Shown here piece after piece: positions 52,248-64,000 of a stretch of 64,000 nucleotides of DNA (position 1 is the stretch's first letter; every line of letters starts with the position of its first letter). The DNA lies in the NCBI GenBank assembly GCA_951406725.2, contig OX597835.1:14942001-15006000 (forward strand), written 5' to 3'. The notes below the pieces were generated by a model. The model had not been told where the DNA came from. It did no database searches and worked only from the letters and a program-made list of their open reading frames with translations. The DNA is from Octopus vulgaris. Taxonomy: Eukaryota. The position numbers and the translations under genes were made by a program.

Positions 52248-52372
52248 CATACATATATATATATATATATACATACATACATATATATATACATATATAT
52301 ATACATACATATATATATATACATATACATATATATATACATATATATATATACATATACATGCATACATAC
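51944..52372. repeat. (TA)n/(TACA)n compound microsatellite
   Basis: Direct reading. Confidence 0.97.
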
Positions 52373-52478
52373 AGAGAGAGGGGGATAGAGATTAGTTACG
52401 CTATGATGTAATCTATTGCTACATCAATATGAGTTCTACCGAAACAGCTGTCGTAAATTTTAAATCCCATTAGTGTTC

Positions 52479-52535
<57 letters not shown>

Positions 52536-52824
52536 CATATATATATATAATACACACACAAACATATTGAGTTTATGCTGTATGTCGAAATCTACGTATG
52601 TTTATGACATATATGGATTGTCTTACGTGGGATCGAAAGTTGAGAGACGTTCCCTGAAATTCTTGTTAAGAGAAGGAAGCACCAAACAGAGGAGAGAGAA
52701 TTTCCAACGACTTGGAACAGCAATCATTAGAATATTCATTAGAATATTCACCACCACGCTTGAAACGAGGCCGAAAACTTGGGACACAACTTCTTGGGTC
52801 CGCATTCTTTGAATACGCTTAATG

Positions 52825-52863
<39 letters not shown>

Positions 52864-53815
52864 GCAAATATTCTGCTCAATACTACAGATTTGCTGGTCA
52901 ATTGTTTGACCATAACCAGTTGAGTATGTCCCTTAGTAGCAGACATGTGCATCTCAGATCAGGAGCAAGCGTAGAGGGGGAGCATCGTAGCCATGTGTTG
53001 AGAGAAATTTGTGGGGTGGAGGTTGAAGAATTCAGCTCTGGAAACATGGGTGTTTCGTTCAACATCCTTAAATAAAACTATATTCAGAGATATTTTGTGA
53101 GGAATGGGATACTCGCTCTGAAGGAAATTCTAACTGGGCCCCACCTGCAAGGTCATGTGCTGTTTATCTTGATATGAGATCACCATGTCGCGCACATATT
53201 GTTGTGATGCATGTGCCTGGTGTACTCTTATCAGACAGGTAGTCATGATGGGTATATTGGGCTTCGTATATTTTACTCCAGTGTCACTTTGATGGCATGA
53301 ACTGCTTTCTCACTCAATAATAATAATAGCAAATATTCTGCTCAATACTACAGATTTGCTTGTCAATTGTTTGACCTTAACCAGTTGAGTATGTCCCTTA
53401 GTAGCAGACATGTGCATCTCAGATCAGGAGCAAACGTAGAGGGGGGGCATCATAGCCATGTGTTGAGAGAAATTTGGGGGGTGGGGATTGAAGAATTCAA
53501 CTCTGGAAACATGGGTGTTTCGTTCAACATCCTTAAATAAACCATATTCAGAGATATTTTATGAGGAATGGGATACTCGCTCTGAAGGAAATTCTAACTG
53601 GGCCCCACCTGCAAGGTCATGCGCTGTTTATCTTGATACGAGGTCACCATGTCGCGCACATATTGTTGTGATGCATGTGCCTAGTGTACCCTTATCAGAC
53701 GGGTAGTCATGGTGGGTATATTTGGTTTCTTACATTTGTACCCCAGTGTTACTTTGATGGCATGCTCTCTCTCTCTCTCTATCTCTCAATAATAATAATA
53801 ATATTAATAATAATA
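52864..53815 (+). mobile_element. Two tandem copies (~465-bp period) of the same (AAT)n-tailed retroelement end
   Basis: Copies at 52864-53315 and 53329-53787, each flanked by (AAT)n. Confidence 0.8.
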
Positions 53816-54237
53816 ATGATGATAGATATATGAAGAAACCACGTACAATAATTTCACTGTTTACTAATCCTTGTAAATGTATTGTATAATATTCGCGATT
53901 ATAGAATATAAGACGTGGAATAAGAACTCGGTTTGAAATCCAAGCTAATATATCTTATCTTTGATGCCCGCAGTAATTAACAAACTAAATTATATGACGC
54001 AAACAATAATAAGCACCAATAATATATTAATTCAGAAGAAATACACTCAAAAGAGATTAATCTTTTATTTGGAAAACAAATCATAGCAAAAACTGTATGT
54101 ATTTGTGTTTCTATAACCGTCGTGTGCGAGTGTGTGCGCGCGCTTGTGTGTGTAAATATATATTATTTTTATAATGTGGATGTATTTATGTATGTACGCA
54201 CATTTGCATATTGTGTATACATATACTGGTTTCTGAA

Positions 54238-54279
54238 ATATATATATATACAGTGTGTATATATATATATATATACATG

Positions 54280-54315
<36 letters not shown>

Positions 54316-54631
54316 CATGCACACACACACATATATATATGTATGTATATATATATATACATGCACACACATACATATGTATATATATGTATATATATAC
54401 ATGCACACACACATACATATGTATATATATGTATATATATATATATACATGCACACACACATATGTATATATATGTATATATATATATGTGTATGTATAT
54501 ATATATATATATGTGTATGTATATAAATATGTGTATGTATATATATGTGTATATATATATATACACACACATGGATATGCACGAATGTATTTTGATTTAG
54601 AGTGTGTATATATGTAAATACTCCTCTCCAT

Positions 54632-54675
<44 letters not shown>

Positions 54676-54690
54676 TGTGTGTGTGTGTGT
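54238..54690. repeat. Compound microsatellite with recurring (TA)n-CATG-(CA)n units, then (TG)n
   Basis: Direct reading. Confidence 0.92.
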
Positions 54691-56454
54691 ACGTGTATGT
54701 TTTCTCTAATACACCAGTAATACGAATATGACCTGATATTTGTGAATTAAATTTAATCCTTTAATCGCTGTAACCTTAACATTTATAAATATTTATAAAC
54801 ATGAAATTACTGTTCAGAATTATTTATTTATTTATCATTCGCTATACACACTTGAAATATTCTATACCTAACGGAGTTTATTTGAATATGGAACAAACCA
54901 GGGCAGATGTTTCCTGAGATGATACATTTAAGGGTTTATACTTCTTTGCAAACCCTAACTAAAGAGCGAAGACAAAGGGACATAATAATCGACACAACCC
55001 TCTTTTCCTAAAAAAAAATTCATTGTCTTTCCGCCGAGGTCAGCTTTGAGTTTCATTCTTTCGGTGTTAGTGGAATAAATACCAGTTGAGTATTGGGGGT
55101 CGATGAGTAATCGACTAGTCCCCTCTCCAAAATATTTTAGTTCTTGTGCCTATAACAGAAAGGGAGCTGGTAGAATCGTTAACATGCTGGACAAAATTCT
55201 TATCGGTATTTCGTTTGCTTTCACGCTCTGAATTCAAATGTCACCGTAAGTACCAGTTGAACACACACACATACCCTATCCCCCGAAATTGCAGGCCTTG
55301 TGCTCATTGTAGACGAGTAGTAGTAGAAGAAGAAGAAGAAGAATAGGTGGCGAGCAGGCAGACTCGTTAGCACGCCGTACAAAATGCTTGACGGAATTTC
55401 GTCCGCCTTTACGTTCTGAGTTCAAATGCCGCTGAGGTCGACTTCACCTTTTATGTTTTCGGGGTCTATAAATTAGGTACCAATCAAATACTAGGGTCAA
55501 TGTGACAGACTTCCCACAAATTTCAAGTCTTGTGCCTATAATAAGGATTATTATTATTATTATTATTACTATTATTATTATTACTATTATTATTATTATT
55601 ATTATTATTATTGACGTTGCCAGTAAATAAAAGTTGATTGAAATATAATTTCTGTGAGTTGCTCCACGTACATCTTTCATCTTTTACTTGTTTCAGGCAT
55701 TCGCCTACGGCCATGCTGGGGCACCGCCGTAAAGAATTTTAATCCAATTAATCGAACCCAAAACTTATTTTTTTCAAGCATGGTAAACATTCAGTCCATA
55801 GTTTCTGCAGAACCGCTAAGCTATGGGGGATGTAAATACACCAACACCGGTTGTGAAGCAGTGGTGAAAACAAACACAGACACAAACACATAGGAAAGTG
55901 TTCAGGATGCATATATAAGTATCTTCTTGGTATCTGTCTGCGAGGGAGCATCATAAACAATTTAGCTTGAGAAATGACCAAAAATACGACGAGACCCGTC
56001 TTACCAACCAAGCTAAATTAAAACGTTGCAAAACACTTTTGTAAATACATTCCATATTTAATATCACGCCATTGCTTATGGCGGCCATATTTACTACTGA
56101 ATCCATGGTTGGTAATCGGGCGATTGACGGGGAAATAGCTGCAAACGCTGCACGACGGAATTTCATAATATACCTTGAGGCTCAGCACCGAATGTTCGAG
56201 TATTCCAAGGTATCCGTAGGCGATTTCATGATCAAACATCAATCAGTGAACGCAGCTTGTAGCTGTTGCTGCACGTAATCACGCGTGTATGTGTGGGTAT
56301 ATATATGTGCATGGACGTATATGTGTGTGTATATATAAATATACATACTACTTGATCTATATGCACGTTCATACAAACATACTTACACGCATGCGTGCGG
56401 GCGCGCACGCCACTGTATATGTTGTTATGCGTATATATTATTGTGTATACGATG

Positions 56455-56555
<101 letters not shown>

Positions 56556-56630
56556 TGAGAGAGAGAGAATGCATTTATATATGAATGTGTGTGTTTCTAT
56601 ATAGAGAGAATGAATGTATTTCTGTATGTG

Positions 56631-56698
<68 letters not shown>

Positions 56699-56729
56699 AA
56701 TGTATGTATGTGTGTGTGTGTGTGTGTGT

Positions 56730-57091
56730 GAGGCACAATAGCCCAGTGGTTAGGGCAGTGGACTCGCGGTTGTAGGATCGCGGTTTCGCTTCTCAGACCG
56801 GGCGTTGTGAGTGTTAATTGAGCGAAAACATCTAAAGCTCCACGAGGCTCCAGCAGGGGGTGGTGGCGAACCCTGCTGTACTCTTTCACCATAACTTTCT
56901 CTCTTTCTTCCTGTTTCTGTTGCACCTGTATTTCAAAGAGCCAGCCTTGTCACGCTGAATCTCCCCGAGAACTACGTTAAGGGTACACGTGTCTGTGGAG
57001 CGCTCAGCCACTTGCATGTTAATTTCACGAACAGGATGCTCTGTTGATTGGATCAACTGGAACCTTCGTCGCCGTAACCGACGGAGTACCA

Positions 57092-57092
<1 letters not shown>
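56730..57092 (+). mobile_element. SINE family C
   Basis: Family C head to tail, after (TG)n. Confidence 0.85.
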
Positions 57093-57127
<35 letters not shown>

Positions 57128-57459
57128 GGGTGCGTTTGTCCCCCACCATCGCTTGTTTACGTCCCCGTAACTTAGCGGTTCGGCAAAAGAGGACGATAGA
57201 ATAAGTACTAGGCTTGCAAAGAATAAGTCCTGGGTTCGATGTGTTCGACTATAGGCCGTGCTCCATCATGGCCACAATCAAATGAAACAAATAAAAGGAT
57301 AATAAAAGAATATGCGTGAGAGAGAGGAGGGAGTTAACCAATGGTAGCCTTAATCCATAAACCAAGAATTATCCACCAACGCAGTGCTCGGCGCTCAGTA
57401 TCATTGTTCGATGTTAACGTGTGTGTGTTTATGATATATATATATATGTATATATATAT

Positions 57460-57690
57460 ATTTCTTTACTACCCACAAGGGGCTAAACATAGAGGAGACA
57501 AACAAAGACAGACAAACGGATTAAGTCGATTACATCGATCCCAGTGCGAAACTGGTACTTAATTTATCGACTCCGAAAGGATGAAAGGCAAAGTCGACCT
57601 AGGCGGAATTTGAACTCAGAATGTAACAACAGACGAAATACGGCTACGCATTTCGCCCGGCGTGCTAACGTTTCTGCCAGCTCGCCGCCC
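57460..57690 (-). mobile_element. SINE family B monomer within (TA)n
   Basis: Complete family B sequence. Confidence 0.9.
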
Positions 57691-58173
57691 TTTATATATA
57701 TATACATATATATATATATAAATATATACACACACAAACACACACACACTCGCACACTGTGACAACTGGTGTTGTGTTAACGTTCCCGCAACTTAGTGGC
57801 TCGGCAAAAGAGAACGATAGAATAAGTACCATGTTTTAAAAATAAGTACGTACTTGCGTCGAATCTCGATTCATTTGACTAAAAATTCTTGAAGGCGGTG
57901 CCCCAGCATGACCGCAATCTAATGACTGAACTAAGAAAAAGGCTAAGACAACCTTCCGAGTATCTAAACGTCACGGCCAATTTGCTGCTCATAAAATGCA
58001 TCATTCAGTTTCCCTGTAATTGAACGAAACGTCCAAGAGACTTTTTGTTCCGATAACAGGCAGACATTTTGTTTTGTATTTTTATTCTACAAATGGCAAT
58101 CTTTTCTATTCATTGCGCTCCATCACCGTTGCAGCCATGTGAAAGAGTAATACGTCTTTTTATGTGTAAATGT

Positions 58174-58212
<39 letters not shown>

Positions 58213-59254
58213 CTCATAGAGGACATATAGTTAATATATTAAATCTAAAGGAAACGGAATATTCTGGACATTTTGTTTTTAATCTAGTCCACCATCGTTG
58301 AACTGTAGAAGATGAAAATATTTTCATCCTTAAATCCGCCTTAGCCAGGATTTTATATTGAAAAATCTTTCGGTGAATCGGATAAGACCAACACCGACAA
58401 TATAGTTACTAAAACAGAAATTTCTATCTTCGCTCGGCAGGATACCGAAATGATTTGTCATGCAAAGGTCTTTACCCGCCTACAAAATGCCACTTAAGAA
58501 GAAGAACAACAAGAAGAAGATGGTTGGAATTTGAGAGGATAAATGTTTTGAATGTTTGAAATTGGAATAAGAACAAAAAAAATAAATAAATCCTCCACAA
58601 ATAATAAGGCAATAAGAAAGCTTAAAGAATGGATTTCAAGAAGATAGATTATCGAATATTGGATTGCAAAATGTCATCATCATCGTCGTCGCCATTTTGA
58701 ACTTCCACATTTCTATGCTTGCATGAATCAGAATTTGACGAGACAAATTCTTATGACTGGATGCCCTTCGTGTCGACAACCATTCTCACCAGTTTCCAAG
58801 TAAGGCAATATTTTTCCATGTCTAGACGTATTTTCACAGTAGAATGGAAAAGGGGCGGTGAAGCTCGTTTACAACTCTCATACGGTGTCTAGACAAGGAG
58901 ACACAACTACACACATCCATACACATACACACACACAAATAAATATATGCACTTATATGTTCGAAAGGCTTCTTTCAGTTTCCGTCTACGAAATCTCCTT
59001 ACAATGTTTCGGTTGGCTCAATGTTGTAGTAGAAGACGTCTGCCCAAGATGCCACGCAGTGAGACTGATCCAGAAAGCATATGACTGGGAAGCGAACTTC
59101 TGAACCACACAGTCACGCCTCCACCAAAATACCCAGACCGATATAGACGGTGGTATTGAGAAGAATAAATAAAAGATTAGAAAGAAAATGTAGTAACAAA
59201 AAGTGAACGGAAAGGAAATGGTTTTAATAGAATTCATGACTCTCTCTTTACTCA

Positions 59255-59925
59255 TTTTCTCTTTTTTACTTGTTTCAGTCATTTGACAGCGGCCATGCTG
59301 GAGCACCGCTTTTAGTCGAGCAAATCGACTCCGGGACATTCTTTGTAAAGGGACGTAAACAAACCACCATCGGTTGTCAAGCGATGCTGGGAGGACAAAC
59401 ACAGACATACAAACATATACACACACATACATACACACATACATATATACGACAGGCTTCTTTCAGTTTTCCTCAAAAACACAGCAGGCAACCCGGGCGG
59501 GAAGCGAACCCACGATTTAGCGATCGTGAATGCAATGCCCTAACCACTAAGCTACGTCTCATATTCATTTCAGTGCAGCCATGCTGCAGCACCGCTTTGA
59601 AGGGTGTTAGTCGAACAAATCGATCCTAGGACTCATTCTTTGTAAGCCTAGTACTTATTTTATTGGTGTATTTTGCCGAACGGCTAAGGTACGAGGACAT
59701 ATACACCCCAACATCGGTTGTCAAGCGATGGCGGGTAGGCAAACACACACACATATGCATATATACGACGGGCTTCTTTCAGTTTCTGTCTACCAAATCC
59801 ACTCACACGGCTTTGGTTAGCCCGAGGCTATAGAAGAAGACACTTGCCCAAGGTGCCGTGCAGTGGGACTGAACTCGGAGCCATGTGGTTGAGAAGCAAG
59901 CTTCTTACTACACAGCCACTCCTGT
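59255..59925 (-). mobile_element. Two SINE A copies with an intervening tRNA-head fragment of a fourth SINE family
   Basis: Family A tails at ~59255 and ~59565; minus-strand A/B-box head at ~59480-59560. Confidence 0.75.
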
Positions 59926-59932
59926 GCTCTGT

Positions 59933-60012
<80 letters not shown>

Positions 60013-60404
60013 ATGTAATGTATTTACTTGTTTGCGTATTGTTACCTTCGACTGTTAAATTACTTTCATTCTCTGAAGAACAAAAACAAAAAAAAACACG
60101 TTTTGTGAATTTCTCCCTCAATGTAATTATTTCCATCTATAAGAAATACCACACCTCATAAAATCTTTAATTAACAAATCTAAGATCATAAAATGCTAAC
60201 GGCTTGGAAAATACCAAAAATTATGCATAGTGATCGCTGACTAGAAACTTTAAGGACTCCGTAATAAGTAAGCAACGGTCAAACAAACTGTTGTTAACGT
60301 CGAATAAAGAGGATAAACTGAGATTCGGAACCAAACTTGAATACTGTTTGAATTCGCTATTATTAAAAACAGAACAACAAGAGAATGGTGGTGAATGACG
60401 ATAT

Positions 60405-60622
60405 CTCTTTTTTACTCTTTTACTTGTTTCAGTCATTTGACTGCGGCCATGCTGGAGCACCGCCTTTAGTCGAGCAAATCGACCCCGGGACTTATTCTTT
60501 GTAAGCCCAGTACTTATTCTATCGGTCTCTTTTGCCGAACCGCTAAGGACGGGGACTTAAACACACCAGCATCGGTTGTCAAGCAATGCTAGGGGGACAA
60601 ACACAGACACACAAACACATAT

Positions 60623-60669
<47 letters not shown>

Positions 60670-60833
60670 TACGACAGGCTTCTTTCAGTTTCCGTCTACC
60701 AAATCCACTCACAAGGCATTGGTCAGCCCGGGGCTATAGCAGAAGACACTTGCCCAAGATGCCACGCGTGGGACTGAACCCGGAACCATGTGGTTGGTAA
60801 GCAAGCTACTTACTACACAGCCACTCCTGCGCC
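60405..60833 (-). mobile_element. SINE family A, full length
   Basis: Family A head to tail. Confidence 0.9.
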
Positions 60834-61375
60834 TATGTATAGAAAACACTAGCGAAGCCGTTGGTTATTTGTCAAGTCACGTCAGGTGTTTGAAAACGAT
60901 GCTAGTCAAAGTGGATGTGTAAAAGGAGGAGTATATTCGTGAGTGGTACATAAAACACTATTGAGTTTTTCGTCAAAGTGGATTTGGCCACTTCACGTTA
61001 TCGTGGTGATGTCATCTACTTAGGTGAAAAAGAGTGAGATGACGGAGCTGACAGAGTGTGGGAAATTCGAGATGGACAGAAATGAATAAAGATGGTGGCT
61101 CAGTATGACACACGGCTGAGGAAGTCCGCCATATTGAAATCATGCAAAAGCTTTCAATCCGTTATCACAATTCATGTAATCTGAAATCTTTGTCAAAGGA
61201 AAGTTATAAAAATTTAGTGTCAGTTAATGGCCATGACATATATACGTATACACATACATGCAAGTACTTAGACACATACATGTATTCATACATATATGCA
61301 TAGATAGATACATGCATGTGTACGTTCGTACATATATGTAAATACATATATATATACGCATATTTCGTACATATA

Positions 61376-61428
<53 letters not shown>

Positions 61429-62074
61429 TACATGCGTACGCGTGACTGTGTGGTAAGAAATTTGCTGCCTAGCGGCATAGGTTCCTGGTTCAGTAATCTA
61501 CAGTAGCTTCGAGCCGACCAAAGCCTTGTGCGTGGATTTGGTTGATGGAAACTGAAAGAAGACCGTTGCGTGCGTGTGTGTGGGGTGGGGTGACAACCGG
61601 TGCTGGTTTGTTTACGTCATCAAAGCCTAATGGTTCGCTAAAAGAAACCGATGTAATAAGTACCTGGAGAAGAACACTAGAATCGATTCGTTCAACTAAA
61701 AATTCTCTATGGCGGTGCCCCAGTATGGCCGTGTCTTTGTCTGTGTAGCCCTTTGGGGTGTCTTTAACCCAGTGGACAATTTAGAATGGGACGGATGGCG
61801 TACCTTATTGTAGCAAGGTGAAATTATGAGGTTTGCCCAAGAATACAATACTCGGCGCAGTGCAGGAATTGAACCCATGAGCGTACGATCGTGAGCCAAA
61901 CACCCTAACCACACGGCCACCCTATCTTCGCTAAACACGTATCTATGCATAAACGTACAAGCTTACATTCGAATATACATACACACGAACATGTATGTAT
62001 GTATGCATAGTCGCAACACACTTTCGAGTGTATATATTAATAAGTACAGCTGTCATACGTCATCGACTGATCGC

Positions 62075-62140
62075 GGGGAGCCTGATGAAGTGACACCGCG
62101 ATAGGTTACGAACGGAAATATCTTTCCGTTGTTTGTCTCC
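62075..62140 (+). ncRNA. Hammerhead-like motif (one core A missing), copy 1
   Basis: GGGGAGC-CTGATGA-A-GTGAC(loop)GTTAC-GA-ACGGAAA TATC TTTCCGT-T-GTTTGTCTCC. Confidence 0.5.
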
Positions 62141-62228
62141 AAGCTTAGCAATCCGATCTAAGAGACACACACACATCAAAGCTAACTCGCTTTCCAGCTT
62201 CTCTCTCTTCCTCGACTCCCTTAACTCT

Positions 62229-62259
<31 letters not shown>

Positions 62260-62518
62260 CTCTACCTCTCTCTCTAGCAGTCTTTCTGTTCTTTGGTTTC
62301 TGTCTGGCATTTGACACCCCTTCCTCTCCCCTCTCGTATGTTAGAACTGGTGAGGAGCCGTTGAAGGGAATCAAATGCCAGAGACAAGCAGAAGAAATCC
62401 GAATGGGGAGACGAAGAGAGAGAGGTACACCAGTTTCTCAGTGTATCTATGCAGTAGTCTAGCTACGTCTCCCATATTCTTTCTAGACAGACAGACAGAC
62501 AGACAGATAGATATAGCT

Positions 62519-62575
<57 letters not shown>

Positions 62576-62682
62576 TACATACATGCATGCATAGACAGAC
62601 AGACAGACAGATACATACATGCATGCATAGACAGACAGACAGACAGACAGACAGATAGATAGACAGATACATACATGCATGC

Positions 62683-62713
<31 letters not shown>

Positions 62714-62921
62714 CATACATACATACATAATACATACATAGACAGATAGATACATACATACATACATACATACATACATACATACATACATAGACAGATA
62801 GATAGACAGACAGACAGATACATACATACACACGAACATGTATGTATGTATGCATAGTCGCAACACACTTTCGAGTGTATATATAAATAAGTACAGCTGT
62901 CATACGTCATCGACTGATCGC

Positions 62922-62987
62922 GGGGAGCCTGATGAAGTGACACCGCGATAGGTTACGAACGGAAATATCTTTCCGTTGTTTGTCTCC
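62922..62987 (+). ncRNA. Hammerhead-like motif, copy 2
   Basis: Identical to 62075-62140, 847 bp downstream. Confidence 0.5.
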
Positions 62988-63084
62988 AAGCTTACCAAAT
63001 AAGGAATGCAATCCGATCTAAGAGACACACACACATCAAAGCTAACTCGCTTTCCAGCTTCTCTCTCTTCCTCGACTCCCTTAA

Positions 63085-63135
<51 letters not shown>

Positions 63136-63395
63136 CTCTACCTCTCTCTCTAGCAGTCTTTCTGTTCTTTGGTTTCTGTCTGGCATTTGACACCCCTTCC
63201 TCTCCCCCTCTCGTATGTTAGAACTGGTGAGGAGCCGTTGAAGGGAATCAAATGCCAGAGACAAGCAGAAGAAATCCGAATGGGGAGACGAAGAGAGAGA
63301 GGTACACCAGTTTCTCAGTGTATCTATGCAGTAGTCTAGCTACGTCTCCCATATTCTTTCTAGACAGACAGACAGACAGACAGATAGATATAGCT

Positions 63396-63452
<57 letters not shown>

Positions 63453-63515
63453 TACATACATGCATGCATGCATAGACAGACAGACAGACAGACAGACAGA
63501 TACATACATGCATGC

Positions 63516-63548
<33 letters not shown>

Positions 63549-63611
63549 TACATACATACATACATACATAGACAGATAGATACATACATACATACATACA
63601 CACACACAGAC

Positions 63612-63642
<31 letters not shown>

Positions 63643-63667
63643 TACATACATACACAGATAGATAGAT

Positions 63668-63723
<56 letters not shown>

Positions 63724-63913
63724 CATACATACATACATACATAGAGGAAGGGAGGGAGAGGGAGAAAGTGGGAGGAAGAAGAATGAGGAATATGGATTAC
63801 ACACACCATTTTATAATTACATATACTTACAAATGTATAATGTACGTATAAATGTATATGTACACACATGTGGTGGTGGGTGGATGCACAAAATTATAAG
63901 TGTGAGTGTGTGG

Positions 63914-63966
<53 letters not shown>

Positions 63967-64000
63967 GCGCGCGCTGGCGTCCGTTTCCATGGAGAGACTA

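Larger units (their letters stand above)
61979..63742 (+). repeat. Two-copy tandem duplication, 847-bp offset, containing (CT)n and (GATA/GACA/TACA)n tracts
   Basis: ACACACGAACATG at 61981 and 62828; the unique portions are nearly identical. Confidence 0.95.

Overview
AT-rich, microsatellite- and SINE-saturated eukaryotic DNA. It is most likely octopod (Octopus sp.), inferred from the tRNA-derived SINE families and the extreme (TA)n/(CA)n/(GATA)n/(AAT)n load; no database was searched. I can support only one real protein-coding segment, a minus-strand first coding exon (15873->15414) of a tincar-like multi-pass membrane protein, so most of the window is probably its introns and upstream region. 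The rest is mobile-element DNA: three abundant tRNA-headed SINE families (here called A, B, C) plus remnants of a fourth, three non-autonomous Helitrons, 5'-truncated LINE ends (two RTE-like, one CR1-like, one CR1/L2-group, one (AAT)n-associated family) and Penelope-like terminal-repeat fragments carrying hammerhead-ribozyme motifs. Every other long ORF in the supplied track is a microsatellite or SINE artefact. There is no CRISPR array or prokaryotic-type system. The strongest leads are (1) hammerhead motifs at several loci, (2) a LINE 3' end sharing sequence and a covarying stem-loop with SINE A, a candidate partner LINE, (3) SINE B apparently inserting into its own copies at a fixed site to build 184-bp arrays, (4) one SINE C head joined to three different tails, and (5) nested inverted repeats that could form long dsRNA. 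Repeat boundaries were read by eye and are approximate.
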